Source of the DNA: Haliotis cracherodii | Taxonomy: Eukaryota | DNA: 64,000 nt | Reading direction: 5' to 3' | NCBI RefSeq assembly: GCF_022045235.1 | Contig: NW_027266265.1 | Coordinates: 29,450,001-29,514,000 of the forward strand | Shown here: positions 50,701 through 63,576 of the stretch, one piece after another | How positions within the stretch are numbered: the stretch's first letter is position 1 | Layout of the letters: each line of letters starts with the position of its first letter | Position numbers and translations under genes: made by a program | Notes under the pieces: generated by a model | The model's input: the letters and a program-made list of their open reading frames with translations, nothing else | Databases searched by the model: none | What the model was told of the DNA's origin: nothing

Positions 50701-52685
50701 CGTCGTAATTGTACCCTTGTTCGACGAGCCCCATTGGACGGTGGGACAGCCTACTGGTTAAAAGACAGGGTTTGATTCCCCACATGGGTACAATGTCTGA
50801 AGCCATCTTCTAGCTACCAACTCACTCACTCACAAAGAAAAGACAGCACTAAAATGTCACATTGTCCTCACGGGTAGTTTCCTTCGTTCACCCAGCTCTG
50901 ATCTGGTTTCGGACACATTTTGAAAAAGCAGCCAATTCAACTGTATATTTTTCTATTCGTAGTGTTGTGGCTCAGGATGGAACCGTTATCGCAACAGGCA
51001 TCACAGGTAAGAGACAGGTCACTTCACAATGATGTGTGTTTAGGTTTTCGTTTAAACACATTTTATTCACATGAAAAGAACATGATTTATCGCAAGTACG
51101 CTGTTCCTCTCCCCAGTATTTATATACATGATGGGTTGTACTTTTGTACATGTTGTGGTAGAATTTAGAAGAAGGGGAACAAATATTTTGTTTAAAAATG
51201 TACGTCTTACCTATTTTACCATGGACAGAAATATAAAGTTCCGCATTTCCAGATTGTATCAACTCAATGTACAGGTATCCTTATCTTTGGAAATTTCAGC
51301 AACCGCAGGAGGAGTAGGTGGGCCTGTTGAAGTGACCTTACCTACAGCAGTGACGTCAAACAGCTGCCCCGGCATCGCCTGTGTCTATTCCAGCACTATG
51401 GCAAGCGACATCCTCCTGGATACCTGCAAGGTTGCTGCTGCAGGATTCTCTGATAATGCCGGTGAGCAGCGATCTCAGAAGTGTGGAAGATGCGTAGTGA
51501 CGCATGTGTAAAAGTGGGCGTCAATGATGCAAGAAACGATCTCGGAATTTTAGACAGTGGGGTGAAGTGAAATGGGGTATAACATCGTGTTCAAGATTAT
51601 TTCACTTGCATGCACGTGTGCGTGTGGCTGTTTGTACTAGTCCGGATGTATGCCTGTGTTGTGCTGCTAGCACTCTGAGATAGAATGCCGCAGTTTAAGA
51701 TTGATTGCTTAGGCACATTATACTGATTCCTTGTTTTATCCCCACGGGTAAATATTTTGTAAGTTAGAGCTTCACCTCTGGAAGAAAGAGCCCCAAACTA
51801 TCTGGAAGACACAACACTTCATTGTCCCAAGTGATTATTTGTTTTAAACAATCTCATCTCCCCAACCCTCCAATCCCACCTACCCTGGAATATCATATGA
51901 TCAACCTCGCACGTGTCTTCTGCATCACAGGTACTTCAACTCCTGCCTTCGAGTACCTGGATATCCCCAGTCTGCAGCCAACGGACACGTGTCAAGCACT
52001 TCTTTCAGCCAGCCCCACTTCTGCTGTCTTTGACTTCACGAACACTGCCATCACATATAACTGCTTCATTAGTCCCAGTGGCTCTACATGTGCGGTATGT
52101 ATATTGTTTCCCTTATTTCCAGGCTGAATGGTTTCATAGTGAAGCCTCTATCTCGAAATGTTACTACCTTCTACACCTAAAACCCTTTAATTCTCATCGA
52201 AGGGGAGGGGCGGTTGGGTAGATCATTTGTTATTTTAAATGCGTAGTGTATTTGTATTTGTGTCTTTTGTTTACGTTACCACACATGTGACATCGGTGAC
52301 ATCCCGTTCACTCACACATCTGTGCCAGAAGACTATGAATTTGTTAGAGTAGGCTATAAGAACTCAATTGCAATAACAAGCATTGGCACGAAAGGTAAAG
52401 TTCCAATCAATTCTGAATACCAGGATTTGAATATAAAGGTCCGAACAAACTCTGCGATGCAATACGCTCAAAAATTCAACGTTAATACATAATTAGTGGT
52501 GTCGTTACTTCCAGGGCGACTTCGGTGGACCAATATCTTGCAGTCTAACGACTGGAGAACAGGTGGTTATTGGGCAGATCGAGAATGGTGACTGCACGGC
52601 CGGTTCTGCTGTAGGATTCTACAACCTTGAAGCAGCGAGTGTTCGTGTTCTTGCAACAAGCAGGGACCAAATCCAGCTCGGATAA
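47781..52685 (+). CDS. SPH-4: divergent paralog with Ser195 to Phe and a 21-nt microexon (408 aa)
   Basis: join(47781-47994,49131-49151,49488-49742,50017-50212,50963-51006,51300-51461,51931-52094,52515-52685) = 1227 nt, open, GT-AG. Signal MNCLPILVCLSLAVMVSS; RHYRPR..DYSGDCCRNGNNNC; TR|LLNG; CTGVVTSGTTLSIPSNC; STCA-GDFGGPISC; ends RDQIQLG*. Confidence 0.88.
48740..49005 (+). mobile_element. SINE-like family A, full length
   Basis: Matches the family consensus end to end. Further partial copies at about 21880-22035, 41838-41905 and 49800-49990. Confidence 0.82.
50385..50505 (-). mobile_element. Short remnant of the RLE-type element
   Basis: ggaggtaccgaaccttaggcac..ggggagtcg..gacatttc matches 36924-37000. 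Confidence 0.55.
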
Positions 52686-55570
52686 AAATATTGTTTTATT
52701 AATTTGTCTTGTGTTCCATGTTAAATAAACAGCTGAACATTTACAGTACCATGTTGTAATTCTAACTATGTGCATGTATATCCAATGGCATACTTTGTAT
52801 ACTTTGAGGATTCCTAGAGCAAAAGCTTTTGGCAATGAAACTGGAAATAATCAAATTGACAAAAGATGCTTTATTCGGTCAAAGTCATATCGTTAGGTGG
52901 TAGGATATTTATATAAGTTCAGTCTATTTTATAAACAACAGTAATTTCGTGTTAAATAGTCCTCAATCATGAAATAATACGTCCCTATGGACGTCCCTCG
53001 GTCTTAGCTGGTAGTTTAAACCGTTGGTGCCATATGCAGAAAGGAGATACCTTTGTGACGTATTTAGTTCACGTGTTTAGTTCATGTCTTCTTGCCTATG
53101 AGTATCGTTCGACGATTTCCTTTAATGTCGAACCCCTAAAATGACTCAAGTCAAACTTTCACCACTTTGGAAATACCCACGACTACCAAAGGTTATAATA
53201 GGGACGGAAGCTGGAAAGCAACACTGCACCGCTATTTAATCATATGAAGTTGATATATTCGTCAAGATACAAAACCCCAATTTTAGTTCTTATTTCGCGT
53301 TTTATTGTTGAAATGTACAAGAAAACACAATGTGACAACATATGACAAGACTCAAAAGTCATTCAGGATTATTACAATAATGTAGCGACTTTCATGTACG
53401 CGTTTGTGGCTGTTTGTTCCAGTCGGCCATATGTCGATTTTATAGTACCAGCCCAGTGAGATCTCATGCGGCGTCACGACGCACTTTCTTTCATCACCGC
53501 ATATTTTCGCTATTAGGTCTACATTGTCGTGTTGTCACATTCGCGCATGGTGGCACTGCTTATTTCACAATGCCAACCAAGACTGATCTATACCAATAGA
53601 TGAATAAGTCAAGGGTTTAAATTCAGTCACTTCATCGAAAAAAATAGATTGTCCCAAAACATGCTTGAAAAAATGTATTAATGCCTTAGACTGGAAAGAA
53701 AAGAAATTGTTCCAAGGTGGTTTTTACCAAAAACAACAGTTTAGGCTTACAGTTTTAATATATTTCTGGTTTTGCAGCAGTAATTGAAAAAGTATTTAGT
53801 CTCCAAACAAAACCCCATATAGGTTTCTGTCACGCTCACGGTACGCAACACTGCACTGTGCATTCATCAATTTTAGTGTGAGAGTAAGTGAGTTCAACAA
53901 TTAAATTACCACGGCACAGCTTGATGCAGAAGGAGAGCCCGAAGTGATGCAAATCTTAGATTTAAACACATTGGTAAAACCCACAAGCAGAGGAAAGGCG
54001 CTGGGGTGCCAACCTATGCCTAGTGGACACAGCTCTGCACAGCAAATACACCGTCCAGGATGACTGGCACAACCGTACCCGTCCTTCAACGATGTGATTA
54101 GTTATTGGCGACCTGAAATAAATTAAACAGAAAAAAGTTTATTTCTTGCTGTCAAAACACGTTGGTATTTAAAACCGACCCCGAAAAGAGAGATTTGGTT
54201 TCATTCCGAGGGAAGTAACCCACATTGCCATCGATACTTATGTTTTAGAATCATTGGAGACCACTGGAGTTTGTAAAGGAATATAACCATTTCTGTGCAT
54301 GCGTAGATATATTCACTTATTACACATGTACAATATTAATAGAAAAGGGACACAATGCGAATTTAATGAATACTTGCATATTCGCACATTTTAATGCATT
54401 GCTAAATATAACAGATGGGACATTTGGTCAAAATGTCGAGATGTCTCGCTTTTTATCACTTTTAGTTTGTGTTTGTGAGGGCACGAACACGGCAATGTCC
54501 CTACTAGGATTCAATATAATTCTACATTGACCTCGGTAGTGAAGATTGAGCTAATAATGGAGATTCTGAAATAAACAGTTTTGATTCCAATGACAGAGAG
54601 ACTTTGGCACTATTTGCCAGTACAAATAGATCCGTTAGAATCTTCTTTACCAGTGGGTGATACCATACTGATCAGTATCTGCACAATTCCTCTAACCATC
54701 CACCACAAATCAAAAGAGGAATTATCGCCACCTTAGCCCGACGTGCCGTCAACATCTGTTCCACGCCACAACACCTACAAACTGAACTCAACCACCTCCG
54801 CCATGTCTTCACTAACTTCAACAATTATCCTACCAGCCTAGTTGAACTAACAATCAACAGCATCCTCAGCCCCAGAGAGCGGCCTCCACGACAACACACA
54901 GCCCCGTTTGTCATCAGTCTTCCCTACATAGGAACAGCCAGCCACCAGATCCGCAGACTGCTCAAACACCACGCCAACATTGATACACTATTCCAGAGAG
55001 ACAGGACAATCCAGAACATCCTCAGTGCCAATGGCAAGCCCCCTACATCAAAGAAAGAAGACCCAGCTGGTGCCGTATATCACATACAATGTGACTGTGG
55101 CGACTCCTATGTAGGAGAAACATCCAGGCCCCTACCCATTCGAATAAAAGAACACAAGACCTCAGTACAAAAAAAATGACTCAAAATCAGCCATCTCCGA
55201 CCACACTCAAACCCACCCCGACCACAACATCCAGTGGAACAACATCAAGATCCTGGCCAACAATCAATCAGACTACAAAATCAGGAAACTCCTAGAAGCC
55301 ATCTACATCAAAAGGATCCAGCCAGCAATGAACAGAGATCAAGGCTATTACATCCCGCCTGCTTACCATCACCTAATTGCTAAATCCCTATGTCCATCCA
55401 ATTAATCCACTGGCTTCCATCATCTCTATCATTCTGCTTGCTGACTATGTGTTCATTAGTCATCAACTGGCTTCCAATTATCTTAATCAGCTCTCTGTGT
55501 CCATCAATCAATTAACTGTATAAACATTGATGTTAATAAGTATATATACCTATGTTGTTTAGCACGATCC

Positions 55571-55786
55571 GGCTCCTTTAGTTCCCTCCTCCACCCACCT
55601 CGGCATTTATTCCAAATTTAAAAATTTCAAAAAAACAATATAAGCAACCCCTAAAAGCCCCCTCTTGGGTTGCACACACCACTTTCACCCTTCTCGGAAT
55701 ACACTAAATGGTCCGGCCAGGCCCGTGTGCGAAATACGCTGTAGTCGGAAAGCGCACGTTAAATCTTCTATATCAGTCAGTCAGTC
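55571..55786 (+). mobile_element. Short 3'-end copy of a related I-group LINE with a (TCAG)n tail
   Basis: Homologous to the LINE 3'UTR at 59781-59980; perfect 10-bp TSD AGCACGATCC at 55561-55570 and 55787-55796. Confidence 0.85.
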
Positions 55787-55796
55787 AGCACGATCC

Positions 55797-58700
55797 CAAA
55801 ACCAACACCCAAAACCTAAATAACCTCATGCATAGTCAAAACTCACCAAAAGCTAGCATGAAATCCTTCTACAAAGTAGCTTTCAATCTAAAATTAACCG
55901 ATCTTCCCTTCTTCCTCTTTAACCTCCATCTAAAAGAACTCACCGAATAAAATAAAAACTAAAAACTAAATCACCAATCACCCGAACCCAATATTCGAAG
56001 GACTAAATATTTTTCAGTGGAACGCCAACGGACTCACCTCCCACGGCCATGAACTAAAAACTAAATTTAAACTAAATAAAGGCCCTCACATTGCTTGTAT
56101 ACAGGAAACCAAATTCTCAAAAAAATCCAAATTCACACTACCTAACTACAACTCAGTTAGAACTGACAGAGCTAAACCGAAAACAAGAAGAGCCGCAGGA
56201 GGACTAATCATATTTATCAGGGAAGATATAAATTACGAAGAATAAAAATAGACACGCCAAACCTAGAAGCCAACGGCATTAAAATCACATTAAATAACCG
56301 AAACATAAACATCATCAATATTTACCACTGGGCGGAACAAAAAGTCCAACCTGAGGATCTAAACAAACTACTCCAAATAAGCGATAAATCTACTATATTC
56401 CTAGGAGACTTTAACGCTCACCATCCTACATGGAGCATAGATGATAAAATAGATAATCATGGCAAATTAATCTCCGAATGGATAGAAACAAACGACCTAG
56501 TACTCCTTAATAGCAACCAACCCACGAGGTACGATAAGATAAACCAAAAAATGTCGGCTATCGATCTAACCATATGCACCGCAGATCTAGCCCAAAGTAC
56601 TCAATGGGAAGTGCACGACGTCCCGCTAGGTAGTGACCACTTCCCCATAAACATAACCATAGGAAATACAAACGTACCAATCCAAACAGAAAACCAAGAA
56701 CCAAAATTGCATTACAATAAAGCTAACTGGGACCAATTCCAAGATATCTGCAACGAAGCTAACTTAAACGAAATAGAAAATAAGGATCCAGAAACCTATT
56801 GTAAAAACCTAACAGACTATATAATAAACGCAGCCAAAACCTCCATCCCCTTCAAAACATCTAAGACAGGCAAACCTACGGTACCATGGTGGAATGAGGA
56901 AATAGAACAGACTAGACGAAAACGTAAATCAGCCTTCAATAAAGCAAAACGCGACTACAAATATTTAAACATAGCCCACGAACTAAACCACCAGGTTCAA
57001 AAACTAGTCCAAATAGCCAAAAGTAGAGACTGGAAAAAATTCTGCGAAGGTATAAATAACCGTACAGATGCCAGAATGGTCTGGCGCAAAATCCACGCCA
57101 TCAGAGGCTTAAAACGACAGAAAAAAAACCCTAACATTGACAACTCAACCAACCCCGCCCAAAAGCAAATAATCTCGCCAACCACTTTTCGGCCGTTAGC
57201 AGTAACACCAACTTCAGTAAAAAATTCCAAGATAAACTTAAAACAGAAAACAAACCCACAAAAGAACCAAACAATAACAATCTAGAAATAAATCAACCCT
57301 ACACAATGGAGGAGCTCCTCTACGTAATCCAAAACGGGCACAGCCCCAATTTTAGACCTAACTTCTTACCAAATAGTTAAAAAACTCCCCCTAAAACTAC
57401 TCAAACTATACAATCTCATCTACCTAAACGGACAGGTTCCTACTCCCTGGAAACAGGCCCTAGTCATACCAATCCCTAAACCTAATAAACCAGCTAATCA
57501 AGCTAACTCATATAGACCAATATCCCTAACTTCAAACTTATGTAAAGTAATGGAATCAATGGCTAAAAATAGATTACAACATTACTTAACCCAAAATAAC
57601 ATCATAAACCCAGATCAAAGCGGTTTCACTCCTGGCCGCTCAACCCTAGATAACCTCGCCCGACTAGAACAAGATATTAAGACAGGACAGCTAAATAAAC
57701 AATATACCACAGGCATCTTCTTAGACTTCTCTAAAGCTTTCGACATGGTATGGCACGATGGGCTAATACAAAAACTTAAAAAAATAGGACTCAAAGGTCA
57801 GATAATAAACTACATCCAGGACTTCCTAAACAATCGTAAAATAACCGTGGGTATAGACCAAACTCTATCGGACCAATGTCCCCTAGAAAATGGCACTCCA
57901 CAGGGCAGTATCCTCAGCCCCACCCTCTTCAATATAATGATAAACGATCTATTCGAGGGCCTATCCCCTAAAGTAAACACATCAAAATTCGCGGATGATG
58001 GAGCCATCTGGATCCGCACTAAAAGCATGAACATGGTCCAAAATTTACTCCAAAAATCTCTTAATAAAATACAACATTGGGCTGACAAATGGGGCTTCTC
58101 CCTTAACTCAGAAAAAACAACAGGAATAGTATTCAAACATAAAAACATGAAACCCGCCTCCCCAATCCTCCAGCTAAACAATCAAACAATCAAATTTCAA
58201 AAACAAACCAAATTCTTAGGACTTATTTTCGATGAACATCTCACCGGGGATGCTCACATCCAAAACCTAACAACTAAATGCAGTAAAGACCTAAACACCC
58301 TAAGATGCCTAACTGGCTCTAACTGGGGAGCATCCAAAGATACCATACCCTCCTCTCTCTCTACATATCACTAATTAGATCAAAACTAGACTACGGCTGC
58401 GCCATATACAACACCCTAAACAACTCTCTATCTAAAAAACTTGACTCAATACAATATCAGGCTCTCAAACTAATTACACGCACCCAACATGGCACCTCCT
58501 ACACCTCACTTCAGGCCTTAACAGGAGATATGCCACTAAGTCTACGCAGGGAACAGCTAAGCTTAAATTTCTGGGCCGCGTCCCAATCAAACCCTCTCAT
58601 CCAAAACATCAGCCCTAAAAACCAAGCTCTAGCTCGTAAACACCCCTTACTTATCCCAATATCCCAAAGAATAACAAACTACCTAAATGAACACCAAATT

Positions 58701-59978
58701 AAAAATCTTAAACAAAACTGCAAACAATCAAATATCTTCACCCCTAAACTTAAAATACCCAAAATAGACACAACACTAGCTAGCCAAATAAATAAACAAA
58801 CCGACCCAAACATAGCTAAAACTACCATACTAGCATACATACACGAAAATTGGCCAAATTGGTGTCACATTTACACGGACGGATCCTCAGATCCGACCTC
58901 CAAACACACGGGTTTCGGAGTTCATACCACACAACCAACTAAAACCACACAATCCTTCCGACTCCCAAATAACCAATCAATATTCACGGCAGAACTAATG
59001 GGCATGGCCTCAGCCCTCCATAATCAAGAATCCAAAAACCACAAAAAAATCCTAATACTTACCGGCTCCCTAAGTGGACTGCAAGCCCTCCAAAACAAAA
59101 ATACCAAAAACCGACCTAAATTAATAAATCAAATACTTAAAAACTCCAACGACCTAACTAAGGCAGGCAAACAAATAACCTTCTTGTGGATCCCCGCCCA
59201 CGTAGGAATATACGGTAATGAAAACGCCGATAAAGCAGCTAAACTATCCCTCAAAATCCCAGAAATAAGCTTAAACTTACCCATCTCAAAATCAGAAATT
59301 AAAAGTGTAAACAAGCAAAAAATCACCAAAAAATGGCATAACCTATATCTAAACTCAAATAGCCAAATCAAAAAAGTGCTCAGCAAACCACTAACCAAAC
59401 CAAAAATTCTCCATCCATCAAAAAAAAATCGACAGAGTAATCACTAAACTCCAAACAGGACACACCAACCTAAATAACCACCTAAAATATTTTTTAAAAA
59501 CACACTACAGGTAACTGCCCACATTGCAAACAACTAGAAACCCCAGAACACGCACTCATCCACTGCACACACTACCGCACACATCGAACCGCATTACAAA
59601 CCACCCTCAATCTAAACAAGGCTCTCACTCTAGAAGCAATACTAAACCCACAAAATAAACTAGAAAACTTCAAGGCCTTAGGCGTATTCTTAATCAAAAC
59701 GGAACTAATAAAACGCATCTAAAAACATAATAACCTACCAAATCAAAATCACATAAACAAACAAACATCCACCATACCCAGCTCCCTTAGTTCTCCTCCC
59801 CAACCCCATCGGCATCTATTCCAAATCTCAAAATTCCCAAATTATATATGAGCAACCCCTAAAGCCCCCTCTTAGGGTTGCACAGACCACCTTCGCCCCT
59901 TTCGGAAACACATTAAATGGCCTGGCAGGGCCCGTGTGCGAAATACGCATCAGTCGGAAAGCGCACGTTAAATCTCCA

Positions 59979-60019
<41 letters not shown>
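55797..60019 (+). mobile_element. 5'-truncated I-group (Nimb/I-like) non-LTR retrotransposon: APE endonuclease, RT, RNase H and CCHC; frameshifted
   Basis: EN: IFQWNANGL, GDFNAHH, SAIDLT, GSDHFP. RT: DQSGF, FLDFSKAFD, GTPQGSILSPTLFN, FADD. RNase H: IYTDGS..AEL..WIPAHVGIYGNENAD. Zinc knuckle CPHC..ETPEH..C. (GTAA)n tail at 59981-60020. Flanked by AGCACGATCC and AGCACTATCC. Confidence 0.92.
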
Positions 60020-60021
<2 letters not shown>

Positions 60022-60035
60022 CACTATCCATCACT

Positions 60036-60075
60036 TGCTTGATAAAGGTGTTAGGATCTCCATCGAAACGTCGCA
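60036..60075 (+). ncRNA. Minimal type I hammerhead ribozyme variant of the Penelope-like element
   Basis: tgc-TTGATAA-a-ggtg[loop]catc-GAAA-cg-TC-gca. Core CUGANGA appears as UUGAUAA (compensatory U3-A8), with stem II, GAAA, GUC cleavage triplet and a short stem I. Position is typical of PLE pseudo-LTRs. Confidence 0.6.
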
Positions 60076-60164
60076 CCAATTGTAATAAAGAAGTTGTTCA
60101 TCCATAGAACTCGTCTTACTTTATCACACCAACTTCTAATTGCCACTGAAAGAAGTCATGGTGT

Positions 60165-61675
60165 ACTAACACGTGGAGTTGTCTAGGTATTAGATATAGC
60201 TTCAGTGACAATGTTTAAGAAGGTCATGATCATTCATAAAACGATTAGCTTTCAAATTAGTACTGCAAAAGAAACTAAACGACAGCCTCATGATCACTGC
60301 CTTGGAAAATTGCTTTTGTAAATGAAACTATCCACAAAGGGAGATATAGCTTTAGATACGGTAGGAAAGAGATCAGTGCGACACAAATCACCATGAACTG
60401 ACCATGAACTGAAAAAAGGTCATTAAAGAGTGTCAGAAATGGGCAAATCCAACGCTGAGAACATACTCCTGGATTGAAGTATGTGTTACTTCCATCATTA
60501 AGAAGGCATAGACTATGCTTATCAAGTAATTCTTCTGTCACATTTCCTATATTTTTATGATCGGATGAACCCAATAGGATTTGTGACCATTCAAGTCTCC
60601 CATAATCAAAAACGGTTTGGGATGCTGGTCAATGAGATTATCCATATCCCTGAGCAGATGATGGATGTATATATAAGGAACACAGAGTTATTGTTGTAAT
60701 ATACAATGTTATACGCACTGCAACAGCCTGAAGGTATTTAGTGCAATAGGGCTTTGAGGAGATCCCTGTTTTACTGGTATATTTGTGCCACCATACGTCT
60801 TACCATAAGAAACACTTACAAACGAACTATATGTATCCTACTGATGTAAATCAAATAGCTGACCATCTCGTGTTTCCTGGAGACTAAACGCCACGACCTT
60901 CTTATCTTCGGCTAGAAGGTTCATTTCTTCAAAATTAGCTTTAATTCCTCGGCAGTTACATTGTATGATATTATGATTCATGGAGGGTGAACATGTGATC
61001 TACCTCTACCCACTTTCTTTTCAGAAGTGTGGCCATGTATATAACTTTTGGTGGGTTTTAGGGCAGTGACATAAGATATTTTAGTTGGTCCTGCAGAGGA
61101 ATTAGCAGGAACTTTCTTTCGTGCATCAATGTAGCCAATAGTTTGCTCAGACTTAACCCGTTACACAGCCGACTCAAATTCGAACACAGGACGCTCAGGG
61201 GAATATGCCATGTGTGCTTCTGTGCAGTGAGAACATTTGAGGGTAGCGAAGCCTTCAATTTTGAGCATGGCCAAACAGTTGGCATTTGAAGCAGTGGCTA
61301 GGACATGATTTTCACAAATCAATCCTCATAACTTCTTTGAGAGGCATTTAGAAAATGGAGTACTGAGTACTGAGTTGTTCATCCATAAATCATTTCCTTA
61401 CTTTAGTCAATCCTCATAGCAAAGCAACCTACCTGGAAGGTTAGGTGAAGCAAACGTGATCAAGAGATAAGTTTTGGAAGGTAAAATGTTCCCATCTTCC
61501 TTAAACGTGAAACGTTTTGCTTCAATAACACCTTGATCTCTTAGCTCAGAAACAATTTCATCAACTGAGAGGTCATTTCAACTACGATCACGATCACGGA
61601 TGATCCCCTTATTGAAGTTGAGTGATTTATGAGCATAACTTTCGATCTTGATATCTGCCAGTTTAGTTGATTCAA
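60165..61675 (-). mobile_element. Duplicate of the decayed I-group LINE remnant
   Basis: Near-identical to 44690-46215 within the duplicated block. Confidence 0.75.
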
Positions 61676-63513
61676 TTCAATTCGGTTTATTTCGTAAGTG
61701 TAGGCCATCGGCCCATAGTTACATTTGTATTACAATGGACGTGGTGTACACATATCTTATTGTTCTGACAATAATGTACTACGAAATGCCATCGCTTGAC
61801 AGATATAACATATAGCAAAACGTTTAATTACTTTACAATCAGTTTATGACATAATGATAATAATTTCTTTGATTTGTCGCCTATTCACAATATTCTTGTG
61901 GTAAGTGCTCCACCCGTGTTATAATCGGAGCAAACTAACAAAACAGGATACTCGTGTAGTTCATTCAAAAAGGGTAGCAGACTGTTTATGAGTTTTGCGC
62001 TCCACCAGCAGGGCGCCACACTTCAGTTTTGTAACATCAGACATTCCCTGCTTTAACTTTTATTGCTTCTTTCTAGTAGAAAGGGTAAACATGATGTTAA
62101 TTTGTGTTCTTCAGTGGCCTCAAGCACAATGGACTTGAGCCAAGTGTCTTTCTCGGAATATCACAAGCGAGCAAGTGTTTCATCATCGGAAAAGTTCACT
62201 TTCTGAATCAGTACTTTTTAAGATTTGTTTAAGGTGCCATGGTAATAAGAATATGTTTCAACAATCATGTTTACCGACCCCACGGAGCGCCTTTACTGGG
62301 GATGTTAAATGTCAGTGGATCTCCAGCAGACTAACACCAAGAGGATACAGGATAGATATATTCCAACAGTGTAATGTACTAGATTCGCCCATGAGCAACC
62401 GCCTTCTGGGCATCAGACTCGAGGCTATGTTAAATTTTGAAATTTCTCAAAATTTCTCAAAATTCAAGAAAAGAAAGAAAATGAAAAAAAAAATCAAAAC
62501 CACCTGAGTGAGTGAGTATGGTTTTATGACACATTCTACCCCGGATCCCAACATAGATAAACACAGCAATTAAAGCAATATGTCTCGTAAACTTCAACAC
62601 AGATACGTTAACGTTCAGAGCTGGTATCGTCGGTTATAATTGTAGTGTGAAAAGATAGGTGTTTTAAGTCGCATCATTGAAATCAGCTAATTGCAAGACC
62701 GACACATGGTGTTATGGTCCTTTTTATATTCAAAAAGAGAATAATTGCAAATGTCTCACGACTATTTATAGTCACAAAACTGAGGCGCGAAAGCAATAAT
62801 ACCTCTCAGTTGAGTTTATAATATGTTTAATTTTCAATTGAAAATATGTTAAGTTAGCGATATTTCATCTAAAAGAAATAAACTGGCGCTTAGTCAGCAC
62901 TCAAAGAATAATTGTTTTTTTCAAAATATAATTTGATTTAAAACTCTTAAATAACATATTGAAACATTCCATAACACAAAACTGCTGATGGGTATCTTAG
63001 ACATCTTTAAAACTCAATACATTTGCATTCTTTGGGCACAAATTTACATTTCAAACATTGTAGAGGTCAAGTGAGTACAAATTCATTTCTTACACAAGTC
63101 TTCATTGAACCAAATTATTTTAACACAAAATTACCGATCTACAGATTACTTTTTACAGACGGTTACAGGAATAAGTGATGGTTAAATACACATAATCAAA
63201 TTTAACAAAAGTTCTTTCAAATTTCAATTATATAAATAAATACTATTTTTGCCCCAAAGTTTGTTAAATGTTTCGAACCTTGAAATGCATGATTAAGCAT
63301 CCCCACTTGTGCTGTAGGAAATATTCTAGGCGTCGTATCTAGAGTGGAAACACACCTGTAAAGTCCATCTCTGTATGACAAACATTGGAATATTCTATGA
63401 TATCTACTTCGACAACAGCTGGTTCAACATCGAAAACAAACCCTGTAGTATTTGAACCACTGTTTAATTAGAACAAAATCCCACGGCAGTTCTTCCACCG
63501 AAATCCATCTCAG

Positions 63514-63521
63514 TATAAATA
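63514..63521 (+). promoter_or_regulatory. TATA box of SPH-5
   Basis: TATAAATA, copy of 47718-47725. Confidence 0.55.
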
Positions 63522-63576
63522 CCCCGTCTCCCTCCTGTTTGAACGCCAGAGCCTTGACAGCTCCACACACAGCAGA

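Larger units (their letters stand above)
54661..60140 (+). mobile_element. 5'-truncated Penelope-like element (RT thumb + GIY-YIG), interrupted by the two LINE insertions
   Basis: 54664-55385 reads HTDQYLHNSSNHP..LPYIG..GAVYHIQCDCGDSYVGETSRPL..RIKEH..(frameshift)..LEAIYI..MNRD. The 3' region resumes at 60020 with a hammerhead-like core and AATAAA. Confidence 0.88.

Noticed and set aside
52900-54650. Possible DNA-transposon remnant downstream of SPH-4
   Set aside because: No terminal repeats or coding motif could be identified with confidence.
57550-59447. Host RT/RNase H genes or an active LINE
   Set aside because: Frameshifts and stops split ORF2 and the element is 5'-truncated.
59930-59975. 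Pistol-ribozyme-like CGUG..CACGUUAAAU in the LINE 3'UTR
   Set aside because: The downstream stems and pseudoknot partner are missing (a microsatellite follows); better explained as the LINE 3' recognition hairpin.
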